A stretch of DNA of 64,000 nucleotides from Phage NC-B. The stretch is from the sequence record MK310183; one strand, given 5' to 3'. Shown here piece by piece: positions 47,348-57,149 of the stretch (position 1 is its first letter; every line of letters begins with the position of its first letter). The translations under genes and the position numbers were made by a program. The notes under the pieces are model-generated. The model ran no database searches and was not told the DNA's origin. It was given only the letters and a program-made list of their open reading frames with translations.

Positions 47348-48789
47348 GAGTTTCTGTTTCCTTGTACGGATGATGCCAAATTATTAATCATGTTGCGAGC
47401 TGTTTCACGAGATAGTGTAACACCTGCTAAGTTGTTACGAAGCTCACCAGATAGTTCACGAGCAGTAGCTCGAAGTTCTGCACCAAGTGCAGTGTCAGAG
47501 TGAGCCAGACCGTTACGACGACCAACAGGTCGAGGAGCTTCGTTAGCGTCATTAGCTAATGATGCAAAACCAATATGAGCAGCTTCACGAGCCGCTATAG
47601 CTGATACTCGATCTTCTGTAGGGGTTGGTAAATCACCAACGTCTACACGTTCGATATCACTAGCACGAATTCCACCAACAACAGATCTTACTGTTTCCCA
47701 TGAACGACGAGAACGCTGCAAATCATCCATTGATGGAGAAGAAACAGGACGAGCAGTTCCCCCTGAGACATGCCATGTATGGTTGTGGGTGTCCGTCCCG
47801 GAAGAGCGTGAACTAACACGTAAGTCACCGGTAAAAGTTTCACGAGGTGCCACTGTAGAAGGAGCTGCGAATCTTGCCTGTTGCCAAGAATCACGTCTGT
47901 TGGTTCCCGGAGTCCAAGGCTGCGTGATTGCTTCAGCACCTATAGTGGTTAATCCGCTAGACCATTCTGTCTGTAGATTAACTTCCTCGTCCAGATAACT
48001 ACGACCCCTTTCCTGAGGAATGTTTAATATAGTTTCCATCATCTTCAGGGTATAATGACGACGCTGATTCTGATATAAATTTACACCAGCCATAGGTCCA
48101 ACTAAATCACTAATCAGGTGAACTTCTGGCTCACCGAAAGCTCCCATTGCAAGGTGCATATATTCAGTAGAACTGCTATAAACTGCAACAGTTGCTTCAG
48201 GCCACTTCTTGTGAACATACTTCATTTCACGACTAGATACCACAGGAATGTCACGAGTGTATGACATTGCAAACAAACCTTCGTTTGACACATACAGATT
48301 ACCAAGAGTCATAAACCCTTGACAGATCATAGGGAAGCGACGGCTTAAAGTGTCCATATCCAAAGGTAGATTAATCATCATCTGGATTTTAACTTGATCA
48401 ATCTCAATTTCCAGAATCTCTTGGAAAGTGAAAAGCGCTTCAGCATAAGTTGTCCCGTTAACAGGTTGAACTAGTCGAGATGTTACTTGAAGTCCCTTAC
48501 TCTCTGTCCAAGACAAGAAGTTGTCGAGGAACAGTGCAGCATTGCCTACGTTAGCAGGGCTATTTTCCTGACGAGTGTTCCAACGAAGACCGCCTTGAAC
48601 TAGGAAGATATCAACATCATTCGGAGTTCTATTTTGGAAGAACGTATCACGGATAGCACCACCTGCAATAACAGGATAGATGCCATCAGGGACTACGTTA
48701 TCTCTGATCAAATTACGAATCAGGTCAAGCCCTACACTGAGGGCTTCTCCTTCTTGAAGGTTCAATTCAGACAATGGAATCTTAATCAT
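47344..48789 (-). CDS. nucleotidyltransferase (CCA-adding / poly(A) polymerase head-domain type) with disordered Arg/Ser-rich C-terminal half
   Basis: VIAGGAIRDTFFQNRTPNDVDIFLV matches the GGxxRD...DxD head-domain signature; C-terminal about 230 aa are R/S/T/A/G-rich low complexity. Confidence 0.6.
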   Translation of the reverse strand: MIKIPLSELNLQEGEALSVGLDLIRNLIRDNVVPDGIYPVIAGGAIRDTFFQNRTPNDVDIFLVQGGLRWNTRQENSPANVGNAALFLDNFLSWTESKGLQVTSRLVQPVNGTTYAEALFTFQEILEIEIDQVKIQMMINLPLDMDTLSRRFPMICQGFMTLGNLYVSNEGLFAMSYTRDIPVVSSREMKYVHKKWPEATVAVYSSSTEYMHLAMGAFGEPEVHLISDLVGPMAGVNLYQNQRRHYTLKMMETILNIPQERGRSYLDEEVNLQTEWSSGLTTIGAEAITQPWTPGTNRRDSWQQARFAAPSTVAPRETFTGDLRVSSRSSGTDTHNHTWHVSGGTARPVSSPSMDDLQRSRRSWETVRSVVGGIRASDIERVDVGDLPTPTEDRVSAIAAREAAHIGFASLANDANEAPRPVGRRNGLAHSDTALGAELRATARELSGELRNNLAGVTLSRETARNMINNLASSVQGNRNS

Positions 48790-48791
48790 TT

Positions 48792-49340
48792 CTACATTTT
48801 CCAGTTGAGAGATGGGGGATTTCTATAATCAAATCCTGCCATTTGGCAAAGACACATGTAAACCTTAACTGTTAAGTTAACGTCTTGCTCACAATACGTG
48901 AACATGTCTTCAGTGAAAGCATCCCATGCTTCTTCCTGTTCACCATAGTCACCCTTCAGCTCTCCCAGAAATTCGCCCCATTGCTTGAGGCCATGACCGC
49001 GAGGGCCATGTCTAGGGTCGCCTTTGGGGTATTCTGGACTGTCACCAATACGGTCAGGCTTGAGGTATCGACTCAGGCACAGGGTATCAAAGACATTAAA
49101 ACGAAAAGGTATCACATGAGAGTAGAATTTAAAGAGAGCACATAAATCATAATCAATGATGTTATGTCCAATCACAACATCAGCCTCTTTGAGTTTATAA
49201 AGAGCATCCTCAATCTCATGTGGTCTAAACCCCCAACGCTCTCCTGAGAGAACATCAAAAATCCAAACACACCAGATATCAGAGACTTCTTCATACAACC
49301 CGTTGGCTTCTATGTCAAAAGCGTAAAGTTTCTTATCCAT
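48792..49340 (-). CDS. 3'-5' exonuclease (DnaQ/DEDD, Pol I proofreading type), separate gene
   Basis: Exo I FDIEANGL, Exo [10 protein letters not shown], Exo [11 protein letters not shown]; start set to ATG 49340. Confidence 0.8.
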   Translation of the reverse strand: MDKKLYAFDIEANGLYEEVSDIWCVWIFDVLSGERWGFRPHEIEDALYKLKEADVVIGHNIIDYDLCALFKFYSHVIPFRFNVFDTLCLSRYLKPDRIGDSPEYPKGDPRHGPRGHGLKQWGEFLGELKGDYGEQEEAWDAFTEDMFTYCEQDVNLTVKVYMCLCQMAGFDYRNPPSLNWKM

Positions 49341-49776
49341 AAGATTTTTCCAGATACCGCAAGGCGGAGCGTATAATCTCAAGGTCATCTTTTAAATAAC
49401 CTATCCCTGAATTGCACGATCTGCATAGGATTCCTCTAACAACACCTGTTTCGTGACAATGGTCCACACAAGCAATTTTACTTATGTTTTTCATTTCATC
49501 CGAGATGCTTAACTCTTTGCCGCAAATAGCACAAGAGTTATCCTGAGAACCCAATAGAGCTTTGACGTCATCAAGACTTAAACCATATTGCTTCAGTGAG
49601 TTTTTCCTAGAAGCTTTTCGGTGAATCTCTTTAACACCCTCTATATTGTGATATCTGAACATAGTCCTGTCATTCATGCAGACTTTACAAGAAGACCTAT
49701 ACCTGCCAGACTCAGACCTCTTATAGAAAGCGTCTAGGGGTTTTTCAACCCCACACTTACTACAGGTTTTTACCAA
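49333..49776 (-). CDS. endonuclease VII-like Holliday-junction resolvase
   Basis: [24 protein letters not shown] matches the T4 endo VII core; N-terminal zinc-ribbon cysteines. Confidence 0.8.
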   Translation of the reverse strand: MVKTCSKCGVEKPLDAFYKRSESGRYRSSCKVCMNDRTMFRYHNIEGVKEIHRKASRKNSLKQYGLSLDDVKALLGSQDNSCAICGKELSISDEMKNISKIACVDHCHETGVVRGILCRSCNSGIGYLKDDLEIIRSALRYLEKSYG

Positions 49777-51560
49777 GGCCGTGCCTCCCCATCTTGTGTT
49801 AGAAGGGAAGCTGCATCTTCTCCGTTGGTGACTGTAAACGGATTATCTTCATCAACTTCATGATCTTCTCGTTCCACAAGACGACCTGTTTCGTTGATGT
49901 ATTTGGTATAGCAAACCCCTGTCTGTCCATAGTTACGCTCTTTGAGCAGACGTATGATTGACAAGTTTTTACCTAACCCATCCGCTTGCTTATTACGTTC
50001 GAAACCGATAATACATTGACACCAGCGCATTAATGAACGTGAGCCAGTAAACTGTACTTCTTTAACCTGACCACCTTCTTCGTGAGGGGCACCGCCCGCC
50101 GGAGCATTCAAGTGAGATAACACAAAAGCAGTGAAGTCTAATTCCTTACACATACCAGCAAGCTCTGAAGCAATCTTACTGATTTCTGTATTCACTTCGG
50201 ATGGAGTTAAGTGAGATACCAATGCAGTGATGTTATCAAGGATGATAAACTTACACTGATTCTCAACTACCCAAAAGCGAATACACTGCTTAATGTCTTC
50301 CCACTCATTCTGTCCAAAGTTGTCGTATAAGAAAAACTTATCAGCGTATCGAAGTGCTTCATCTCGTAGCTGACTTTCTTCATACTCAACATCTGGTCGG
50401 TGAAATGGAACAGATGCAGACTTACCAGCAATGTTCTTAACAGACATGCCTACCTTCTCTTCCAAGAAGAAGCCACCACCATTAAAACCATGCTCAAGGC
50501 AAAGCCATGCTACCAGTTCGTGTGCGATTAAGGTTTTACCTGAACCAACACCACCTCCGATTGCAACCATCTCTCCCCAACGAATACCAAAGGTCATGTC
50601 ATTGAGAGTTTTCCACGGATAAGGGATACCCCATTCCGCTTTCTTCAGAGCGTCTTCAAGGCAGTCAAAAACTGTAACAGCTCCAGCAGGAGATTCCCGC
50701 TTAGCTGAATACTTCAGATTATTGAAAAGCTCTTGACCTCTCCCTGCCAGTAACATGTCGTTTGCATCTTTGATTTCCTTTTCCTGTCCGTTGTAAGTAA
50801 ACGTACCTTTTGGAATTCTTGCAAACTTGACATGTGGGTACAGAGAACGACCTTTAGTCAATGCAATCTCACCTGCATCATCATTGTCCATGCAGAGTAC
50901 AATCTCCTCGAAACCGTTAATAAAATCACGATTTCTTGATAACACAGAAGAGATTGAACCTGCACCGAACGGAAGAGAGACACAAGCAGGTTTGATATTA
51001 GTTGCGTTTGTGAACGCAGTAAGTACGTGGAATCCAGACATACAAGAGAGTGGGTCTTCAAAGATGAAGAGCTTCTTATTGTAAACATCGCCACGTTGTG
51101 CTTGAGCCATACCAAATAAGTCGGCTTCTTTCACATTACCTACATAATAGAACTTCTTGCTGTCTAGAAGTTTTACTTCATATCCAACAATATTCCCATC
51201 ACGTTCACGAGGGAAGAAGTAGCTGTCAGGAGTTTGACCGTCTGTTTGACTTAAACCAATACGGCATCCATAACGTTCAGATACAGCTTTAGGAATTAAG
51301 CGACGAGTCAATTCTCCCTGAGGAAGCTCTAAGCAATCGTCTAAGACTTCTCGGAGTTCTTCAGGGGACAGCTCTTTCTTTTCATTAGGAGTGGGCGTCG
51401 TTCCTTTCTCGAAGATTTCATACGCACCACATCTGTTACATGAACCCCACTCCTCACCGGACTCTTCATTTCGGAAGAGAATCATGTGATTGCGGGTCTT
51501 ATCACGACCATGAGAGATACACTCTTTACAGCCCGTGTCTCCCAAAATGATCTTTGACAT
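49770..51560 (-). CDS. DNA primase/helicase (T7 gp4-like)
   Basis: N-terminal zinc ribbon CKECISHG...CNRCGAY; helicase Walker A GGGVGSGKT, Walker B FIILDNIT. Confidence 0.85.
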   Translation of the reverse strand: MSKIILGDTGCKECISHGRDKTRNHMILFRNEESGEEWGSCNRCGAYEIFEKGTTPTPNEKKELSPEELREVLDDCLELPQGELTRRLIPKAVSERYGCRIGLSQTDGQTPDSYFFPRERDGNIVGYEVKLLDSKKFYYVGNVKEADLFGMAQAQRGDVYNKKLFIFEDPLSCMSGFHVLTAFTNATNIKPACVSLPFGAGSISSVLSRNRDFINGFEEIVLCMDNDDAGEIALTKGRSLYPHVKFARIPKGTFTYNGQEKEIKDANDMLLAGRGQELFNNLKYSAKRESPAGAVTVFDCLEDALKKAEWGIPYPWKTLNDMTFGIRWGEMVAIGGGVGSGKTLIAHELVAWLCLEHGFNGGGFFLEEKVGMSVKNIAGKSASVPFHRPDVEYEESQLRDEALRYADKFFLYDNFGQNEWEDIKQCIRFWVVENQCKFIILDNITALVSHLTPSEVNTEISKIASELAGMCKELDFTAFVLSHLNAPAGGAPHEEGGQVKEVQFTGSRSLMRWCQCIIGFERNKQADGLGKNLSIIRLLKERNYGQTGVCYTKYINETGRLVEREDHEVDEDNPFTVTNGEDAASLLTQDGEARPW

Positions 51561-51595
51561 GCTCTATCCTCCTTGGAATTCCTTGAGCAATCTTC

Positions 51596-51802
51596 TTAGT
51601 AAAACGATCGTATTTCTTCCCACACATCATCTTGCAAGTTTCTAAAACCCTGCAAGGTTTGCTTTGTTCTGTGAATAAATTCTTCAGAGTGCTTATCAGG
51701 TGTGAGCATACTGACAAACTTTTCATAGCGATTAATCTTCCACCGCATCTTCAAGTAGTCAGATTCCAGCTTTCTTAACTTCTGCCTGTCAGTTACTGTC
51801 AT
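51596..51802 (-). CDS. hypothetical protein
   Basis: ORF 51596..51898 trimmed to ATG 51802 to limit overlap with upstream gene. Confidence 0.4.
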   Translation of the reverse strand: MTVTDRQKLRKLESDYLKMRWKINRYEKFVSMLTPDKHSEEFIHRTKQTLQGFRNLQDDVWEEIRSFY

Positions 51803-52220
51803 CCTTCTCACCTGCCAGATATGCTGTCCAGTCACCAGATTCAACCAGAACATCTTGTTCTTCGTCGATGTGATAAATCCACGCTTCCACAGTTTCACCG
51901 CTGTCCAATAATACTGGAATCAGCGTACGCTTGTAAAAGGTGTATGGGTTATCATTACCACGATGACCTTCCAGACCGTCATACGGACCTTCCAGACCAG
52001 CTTGGGTTGTTTCAAAGACCTCTACACGAACAGGCTTACCGTTGCTGTCATGCTCCAGAGATACACTTGGGAAGTATGCTGTGCAATACTGATACAGGTT
52101 ACAGTTGTTTACTGTCCACCCTTCACCAATAGACACACCACCTGCGCGAGCATTGATAGCGTGGTTGTGTTGACCTTTACGAAGAGAACCATACGTTGCA
52201 ACTAATACTTTATCAGACAT
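51789..52220 (-). CDS. gamma-glutamyl cyclotransferase-like (AIG2/GGCT family) protein
   Basis: N-terminal VATYGSLRKGQHNH (YGSL motif). Confidence 0.7.
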   Translation of the reverse strand: MSDKVLVATYGSLRKGQHNHAINARAGGVSIGEGWTVNNCNLYQYCTAYFPSVSLEHDSNGKPVRVEVFETTQAGLEGPYDGLEGHRGNDNPYTFYKRTLIPVLLDSGETVEAWIYHIDEEQDVLVESGDWTAYLAGEKDDSN

Positions 52221-52224
52221 TACA

Positions 52225-52422
52225 TTACCTTTTGTTTAAAATTTCTTTTGTACAAGAAGTCCCGTTACACACGAGAACTGTTTGAGTTATAGAATCGACA
52301 ACTGTTACATGGCTGCCGCATTGAGTTATGATTTGACCTCTCCCTGAATCTTTAGAGATGCATTCATCAGCGGCGATTGCTGACACACTGAATAAGGAGA
52401 GGAAAAATAGAATCTTTTTCAT
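52225..52422 (-). CDS. small secreted Cys-containing protein
   Basis: signal peptide MKKILFFLSLFSVSAIAADE; 5 Cys in mature part. Confidence 0.45.
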   Translation of the reverse strand: MKKILFFLSLFSVSAIAADECISKDSGRGQIITQCGSHVTVVDSITQTVLVCNGTSCTKEILNKR

Positions 52423-52428
52423 TGCTGC

Positions 52429-52845
52429 TTACCAATCATGTTGGAAACCAGAATATCCAGAGAAGATGATTGATCGGATTGGCTTTTCAGGGAATTCTTC
52501 AAAACATCCCTTAATGGCTTTCTTGGTTTCATCAGACATTGACTCTTTTTCGCCAAACCAGTATTCTTCAAAAATATCAGAGAAGATATAAGTTCGGTAT
52601 CTTTCCAAGTCATAAAAACCTTCCACTGCACCTGTAACAGCTCGACTGATCGTACTAGAAGCTACAGGAAATAAATCACTGTGCTCCATAAATAAACACC
52701 AACGATCAAAGAGTGGAATCTCTTCATCTTTCAGAAGACTCTCTAATTCTTCCTTTGCCTCTTTCTTATTCTTCTCAAAGAGGTTTTTGGAATATTCTAC
52801 ATCTAAGATACGACTCTTAAACATATCCAGTTTATTGTCAACCAT
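52429..52845 (-). CDS. hypothetical protein
   Basis: 138 aa ORF. Confidence 0.5.
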   Translation of the reverse strand: MVDNKLDMFKSRILDVEYSKNLFEKNKKEAKEELESLLKDEEIPLFDRWCLFMEHSDLFPVASSTISRAVTGAVEGFYDLERYRTYIFSDIFEEYWFGEKESMSDETKKAIKGCFEEFPEKPIRSIIFSGYSGFQHDW

Positions 52846-52901
52846 TTACAACCTCCAGTTAAATTCGAACTAGCCTCCTCTTTCGAAGAGGCTAAAGCAA
52901 A

Positions 52902-53087
52902 TTATTCTACTTCGAAGTGTTTGATCACACCAGTTAGTACATCAGATTGGAATGTACCCACTAGCTCTGCGCCTCGGAAGAAATTGACATTTGTTCCTAG
53001 TGTTTCAAAGCGCTCTGCTTGAATGTCCAGAGATTGAATATTCCCTTCTGATGTTACTGTACGAAACATGATTGTATATTTATTCAT
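52902..53087 (-). CDS. hypothetical protein
   Basis: 61 aa ORF. Confidence 0.4.
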   Translation of the reverse strand: MNKYTIMFRTVTSEGNIQSLDIQAERFETLGTNVNFFRGAELVGTFQSDVLTGVIKHFEVE

Positions 53088-53326
53088 AGACTTGTTACTC
53101 CCTTATCTGCTTGTGCAATAGCAAAAATTCGCTCTACACATTCCATTGAGTCTTTATCACCACGCTTTAAGAAGGTGACGATAGCAGAGAATTGATTACC
53201 AATCATTCTCTTATTGGTGATACCAAACTCTTCACAGAGTTGGTTAATCATTTTACGAGAGCCTACAATCAGAGGCTCTTTTTCTTCAGTCATTCCACGG
53301 CTGATCAAATCTTCGATAGACAACAT
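53084..53326 (-). CDS. hypothetical protein
   Basis: 80 aa ORF; ATGA overlap with downstream gene. Confidence 0.45.
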   Translation of the reverse strand: MLSIEDLISRGMTEEKEPLIVGSRKMINQLCEEFGITNKRMIGNQFSAIVTFLKRGDKDSMECVERIFAIAQADKGVTSL

Positions 53327-53352
53327 TACAAATTCCTTTTTGTTTAATTTAA

Positions 53353-54588
53353 TTATAGAGTTACTGCTACTTCGCTACCTTCAACATTGACAGACTCTAA
53401 CTTGCGAGGGTTATGAATCTGGACTGGATTGACCGGAACGTTCCAACCACTGCGGTAGAAGTTACGACCATCACAGAACAGGATGACATTGGCAGACATT
53501 GCATTCGGTTGCAGGTTGTTGTGGACATGACGGATATTTGCAATCCAGTAGCCACGAGACAAAGTGTAGCCAGTAGGTGCATTACGAATAGTTTGAGTAT
53601 TCATCTGACCTTCCAGTTGCATTTCTTCAGGAACCATATCAACTGAATCAATCGGCTGTGCTACTTGTCCTTCCAGTGCAAAGTTTTCATCATCAGCACT
53701 TTCACTGTCATCAACCAACTCACCATCTCCGTCTTCAATCGGAGTCTGGTAAACCACTTTATACTGAGGAGTATAGAGAGGGTTCTGAGCTTTAACAAAC
53801 TCAAGAATGTTATGACGGTAGGTATCCAGAGTTGTACCAGTCAGGCCCGGTGCTGTATTAACTTCCAGTACCCACGCTTCTTGACCTTTGGTGATAATAT
53901 CAACTGCACCGAAATCCAGACCCATTGATTCAACAGCTTTCACTGCATTGATCAGAGAGGCGTCATTCGGAGCATCTGTGAAGGAGCTTGAGTAAACCCA
54001 GCCAGTGTGGTGATTACGAATATCTTCACGATAGTTAGGGTCTTCGCGATAACCATTGCGACGAATCTTCTTCTGAACATAGGTGATTACACCTTTGAAC
54101 ACATGGACACGCCACTCACGACGTGGGCCTTGAATGCCTTTAGTGTACAGTTCAGCTCGACCAAGACCATCACCCGGTTCTACAACAACAATGCCCGAAC
54201 CAGAGTGACCAGTCAGCTCATGGCGCTCATACACAATATTACCAGTGTTTGACCACTCTTGAGCAGTCTCTTGAGCATCTGTGTATTCCACAGTTTTAAC
54301 ACCTGCTTGGTCCATCACGCTGAAAGCACGACGTTTGTTCGCTGCCATATGTAAGGCTGCGGTACGGTTAAGGACGGTTGAAGAACCAAAGAATGATTCA
54401 GGATAGCGACGGTTCCCGTAGTTAACAACCACATCACCTTCACGAGAACGCCAGCGGCTATTCTCTGAAAGAAGACCCATCACGTTAGCATTGATGCGTT
54501 CATCACGGATAGTATCACTGATAGCAGATACTAGAGCGTTAACAGAATCAGACGGGCCATACGGAAGAACACGGATACGAGTAGTCAT
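53353..54588 (-). CDS. ATP-grasp ligase (RimK/glutathione-synthetase-like)
   Basis: C-terminal GLDFGAVDIITKGQEAWVLEVNTAPGLTG matches the ATP-grasp Mg/ATP-binding signature; HSGSGIVVVEPG. Confidence 0.7.
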   Translation of the reverse strand: MTTRIRVLPYGPSDSVNALVSAISDTIRDERINANVMGLLSENSRWRSREGDVVVNYGNRRYPESFFGSSTVLNRTAALHMAANKRRAFSVMDQAGVKTVEYTDAQETAQEWSNTGNIVYERHELTGHSGSGIVVVEPGDGLGRAELYTKGIQGPRREWRVHVFKGVITYVQKKIRRNGYREDPNYREDIRNHHTGWVYSSSFTDAPNDASLINAVKAVESMGLDFGAVDIITKGQEAWVLEVNTAPGLTGTTLDTYRHNILEFVKAQNPLYTPQYKVVYQTPIEDGDGELVDDSESADDENFALEGQVAQPIDSVDMVPEEMQLEGQMNTQTIRNAPTGYTLSRGYWIANIRHVHNNLQPNAMSANVILFCDGRNFYRSGWNVPVNPVQIHNPRKLESVNVEGSEVAVTL

Positions 54589-54591
54589 TTT

Positions 54592-54813
54592 TTAGATACC
54601 TTTTAGTTTAAGAATTTCGTTACGACAGGATTGAATTTTAGCTTCGATTGCCCAATACTCAGCGAACATTTCGTCTTCTTGGGCATCGCTTGGAGAGTCG
54701 ATTAAGTTAAAAGCAAACGGATACAGCTTTCGCTGCTCCGTTACCAGTTGTTGAAGTCGGAGTTGTTGATACTCCAGCATTGTCAGGTGAGGCTTAGCTC
54801 CCCTGTTTGACAT
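54592..54813 (-). CDS. hypothetical protein
   Basis: ORF 54592..54822 trimmed to ATG 54813. Confidence 0.4.
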   Translation of the reverse strand: MSNRGAKPHLTMLEYQQLRLQQLVTEQRKLYPFAFNLIDSPSDAQEDEMFAEYWAIEAKIQSCRNEILKLKGI

Positions 54814-55027
54814 GAGGCTCAACTTTAATCCCCTTCATTTTAACATAGTCAGCCAACACGTTATTAATAACGGTTGGAAAAGGGATTTCTACTGGAGAGT
54901 CAACCAGCTTCCCAATACCTTCTTGCATCCACTTCTGGATTGCTCGGAGGTTATCACATCCTGTGCTTGTCATCGGAATACGGCGGGTAGTTACCACGTT
55001 ATCCAACATCAGTTTACGAACTTCCAT
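54794..55027 (-). CDS. hypothetical protein
   Basis: 77 aa ORF. Confidence 0.45.
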   Translation of the reverse strand: MEVRKLMLDNVVTTRRIPMTSTGCDNLRAIQKWMQEGIGKLVDSPVEIPFPTVINNVLADYVKMKGIKVEPHVKQGS

Positions 55028-55038
55028 AACTATACCTC

Positions 55039-57072
55039 TTAGTGTTTACCTTTACAGTAATCTGAATTACAGATCACCCTGTTTTCTTTGTTCAGTGAGC
55101 AAGTTTCTGCATCACGCCACGGAATTTGTTTATAACAGACTGCACAAAACCCAATTGAAGTCCAGAGGGCTTTTGTAAACTCAGCTGTTCGTTGTCCATC
55201 GTAACTGACAACTGTTTTTCGGAGAGAGGTTGACTTTTCTGGAAATGTCTCCGCTTTCTCAGCGGGTACCTCCTTTGGGGCATTCTTTGGACCATAAACA
55301 GAGATGGCATAGGTATCACCACCACGTTTTTCCAAATACGAATTAGGAACATCTGCAAGTGTGATATCCCCTGAACGTTTTGCTGAGCTAACCATTACAA
55401 TCATACGGCTAAGCATACGTTCATCAACACGAACAGCTACTTCAGGACGACGTGGGTTGGTTGTGTCCACTGCTTTAGTCCAAATATAACCCTCAGACAG
55501 CGTAACATTCTTTACTTTGTCTTTGATTTCTTTGGAGCAGATATAACAAACGTCTTCACCACGAAGTTTACTCATTTCGTTGTCAAACTCGAAATCAGTC
55601 TTGACTTCACCACAGATAGCACATACACCCAAAGGCACATCTTCTTCCTCTTCAGAGGTTTTAGATAACGCTTCGAAGCATTCTGGATGCCAGTATGCCT
55701 GATAAGCAAACACAGCCTTACGAGCATCTTTCCAGTCAATGTGCTTATCACAACCACCACAGTCACCATGAGAGTGAGACTCCCAGAACTTACGAGTGAC
55801 TTCTACACCATTCTTAGTGATGAAGGAGTCCTCTGCATCAAAAGGGATATCATCATCAAAATCAGCAGTAGTGCTTTGAGGCTCCTTATCTGTAGCATCA
55901 ACAAACAGCCCTGAAGTTAGTACGAGGCGAATCATACTGTCCACTTCGGAGATACAAGCAATCGTCCCGCGATATACTACCTTTGGGTTTTCAAGAGCCT
56001 TAAGATATTCATCTTTGGCTACGTTGTGAACATCCCCTTCGACATACTCTTGGGCTTTATCATCGTAGATGTAACCAACCATCTTACCACGATCTGTGTT
56101 GTTATAAGCATGGAACTCGTGAGGAATAATATCCACACGACCATCACGACGATAAGGAAGACCACGATCGGCAGCCAGTTTGTTCTGGTCTTCAATCGCT
56201 TTACGACGACGAATGTCTCCGCTTGTCACGCCGGGCTTGTCGTCTTTGTTTCCGTAAATGTCGCTTGTGCTGCTGCTTGATTTGTTTGTCTGTTGGTTCT
56301 GATATAGAGAGGAGTTCGAGTAATAGCCGCCCCAGCGACTCGTTATCGTAAAAACCGGAAGCTTGTGCTCCACCTCTTGAACCAGAGTCATACGACTGTT
56401 AGACACATCAAAGATATACTCAGTTCCCACTTTACACTCGAAGTGGTCATTGATACGGTTCTTATGGGACTTAGAACGCTCTAAAATCCACATAAGCATA
56501 GCTTCTTCAGAAGCCCCAAACCAATCTAAACCACAACGGGCTAGGTGGAAAGGACGCTCATCATTACGGATAATGTGAAGCGTGTTGTCTTTAGCATCAT
56601 GCCAAATCAAAGTGAATGCACCATCCAGTTTTTGGATAGTCTCTGCTGCTCCAATGGTGTTAATTGAGTGGCAGATGTTTTCACTATCAACTTCGAAACG
56701 TTTACTGTCAGGAAGGAGATCTTGATCTAACAGGGTTCCATTATGAACCAGAGTGATATCACCGTGAGTAAATGGGTGAGCGTTTCGAGCATTGACAGCC
56801 CCACGAGTGGCATGTCGGCTATGACCAACAATCCACGAAGGAGGAACTACGTAGTTCGTAAGTCCTTTGGTAATATTCTTATATTCTGTCTGGAGCATAA
56901 AAGCGTAAGAAGGAAGAGCTTCTTTGTAAGAGAAGACTTGCTTTTCACCTTTACGCTGACCAAACACACCAGTTGAGTGCTGTCCACGGAAAACACCAGC
57001 ATACAGAAGTTGGTTGAAAATATCCAAATCTGTTGAGGTCATGTTGCCGCCAGCTAATACGATACCACAAAT
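55039..57072 (-). CDS. class-II glutamine amidotransferase (Ntn-hydrolase) domain protein with Cys-rich C-terminal extension; predicted non-AUG (ATT) start
   Basis: GVFRGQHSTGVF, GHSRHATRGAVNARNAHPF, LVHNGTL match the GlmS/PurF-type GATase domain; in-frame codons just upstream of the ATG read K-I-C-G-I-V-L-A-G-G-N, i.e. the conserved (M)CGIV N-terminus, bounded by a stop two codons further up. Confidence 0.75.
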   Translation of the reverse strand: MCGIVLAGGNMTSTDLDIFNQLLYAGVFRGQHSTGVFGQRKGEKQVFSYKEALPSYAFMLQTEYKNITKGLTNYVVPPSWIVGHSRHATRGAVNARNAHPFTHGDITLVHNGTLLDQDLLPDSKRFEVDSENICHSINTIGAAETIQKLDGAFTLIWHDAKDNTLHIIRNDERPFHLARCGLDWFGASEEAMLMWILERSKSHKNRINDHFECKVGTEYIFDVSNSRMTLVQEVEHKLPVFTITSRWGGYYSNSSLYQNQQTNKSSSSTSDIYGNKDDKPGVTSGDIRRRKAIEDQNKLAADRGLPYRRDGRVDIIPHEFHAYNNTDRGKMVGYIYDDKAQEYVEGDVHNVAKDEYLKALENPKVVYRGTIACISEVDSMIRLVLTSGLFVDATDKEPQSTTADFDDDIPFDAEDSFITKNGVEVTRKFWESHSHGDCGGCDKHIDWKDARKAVFAYQAYWHPECFEALSKTSEEEEDVPLGVCAICGEVKTDFEFDNEMSKLRGEDVCYICSKEIKDKVKNVTLSEGYIWTKAVDTTNPRRPEVAVRVDERMLSRMIVMVSSAKRSGDITLADVPNSYLEKRGGDTYAISVYGPKNAPKEVPAEKAETFPEKSTSLRKTVVSYDGQRTAEFTKALWTSIGFCAVCYKQIPWRDAETCSLNKENRVICNSDYCKGKH

Positions 57073-57149
57073 TTTCTAATCCACCTGAAGGGTAAACCCT
57101 TTCATCTAATTAACCTTTAAATGCGCCCTTTATCAGAGCGCCCATTGTG

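Noticed and set aside
47344-48789. Reading 47344..48789 as the linker or polymerase part of a split DNA polymerase
   Set aside because: It has no polymerase motifs but does have a clear GGxxRD...DxD nucleotidyltransferase head signature
51526-51726. 66 aa ORF overlapping the primase-helicase start
   Set aside because: It overlaps two better-supported genes in another frame and has no SD
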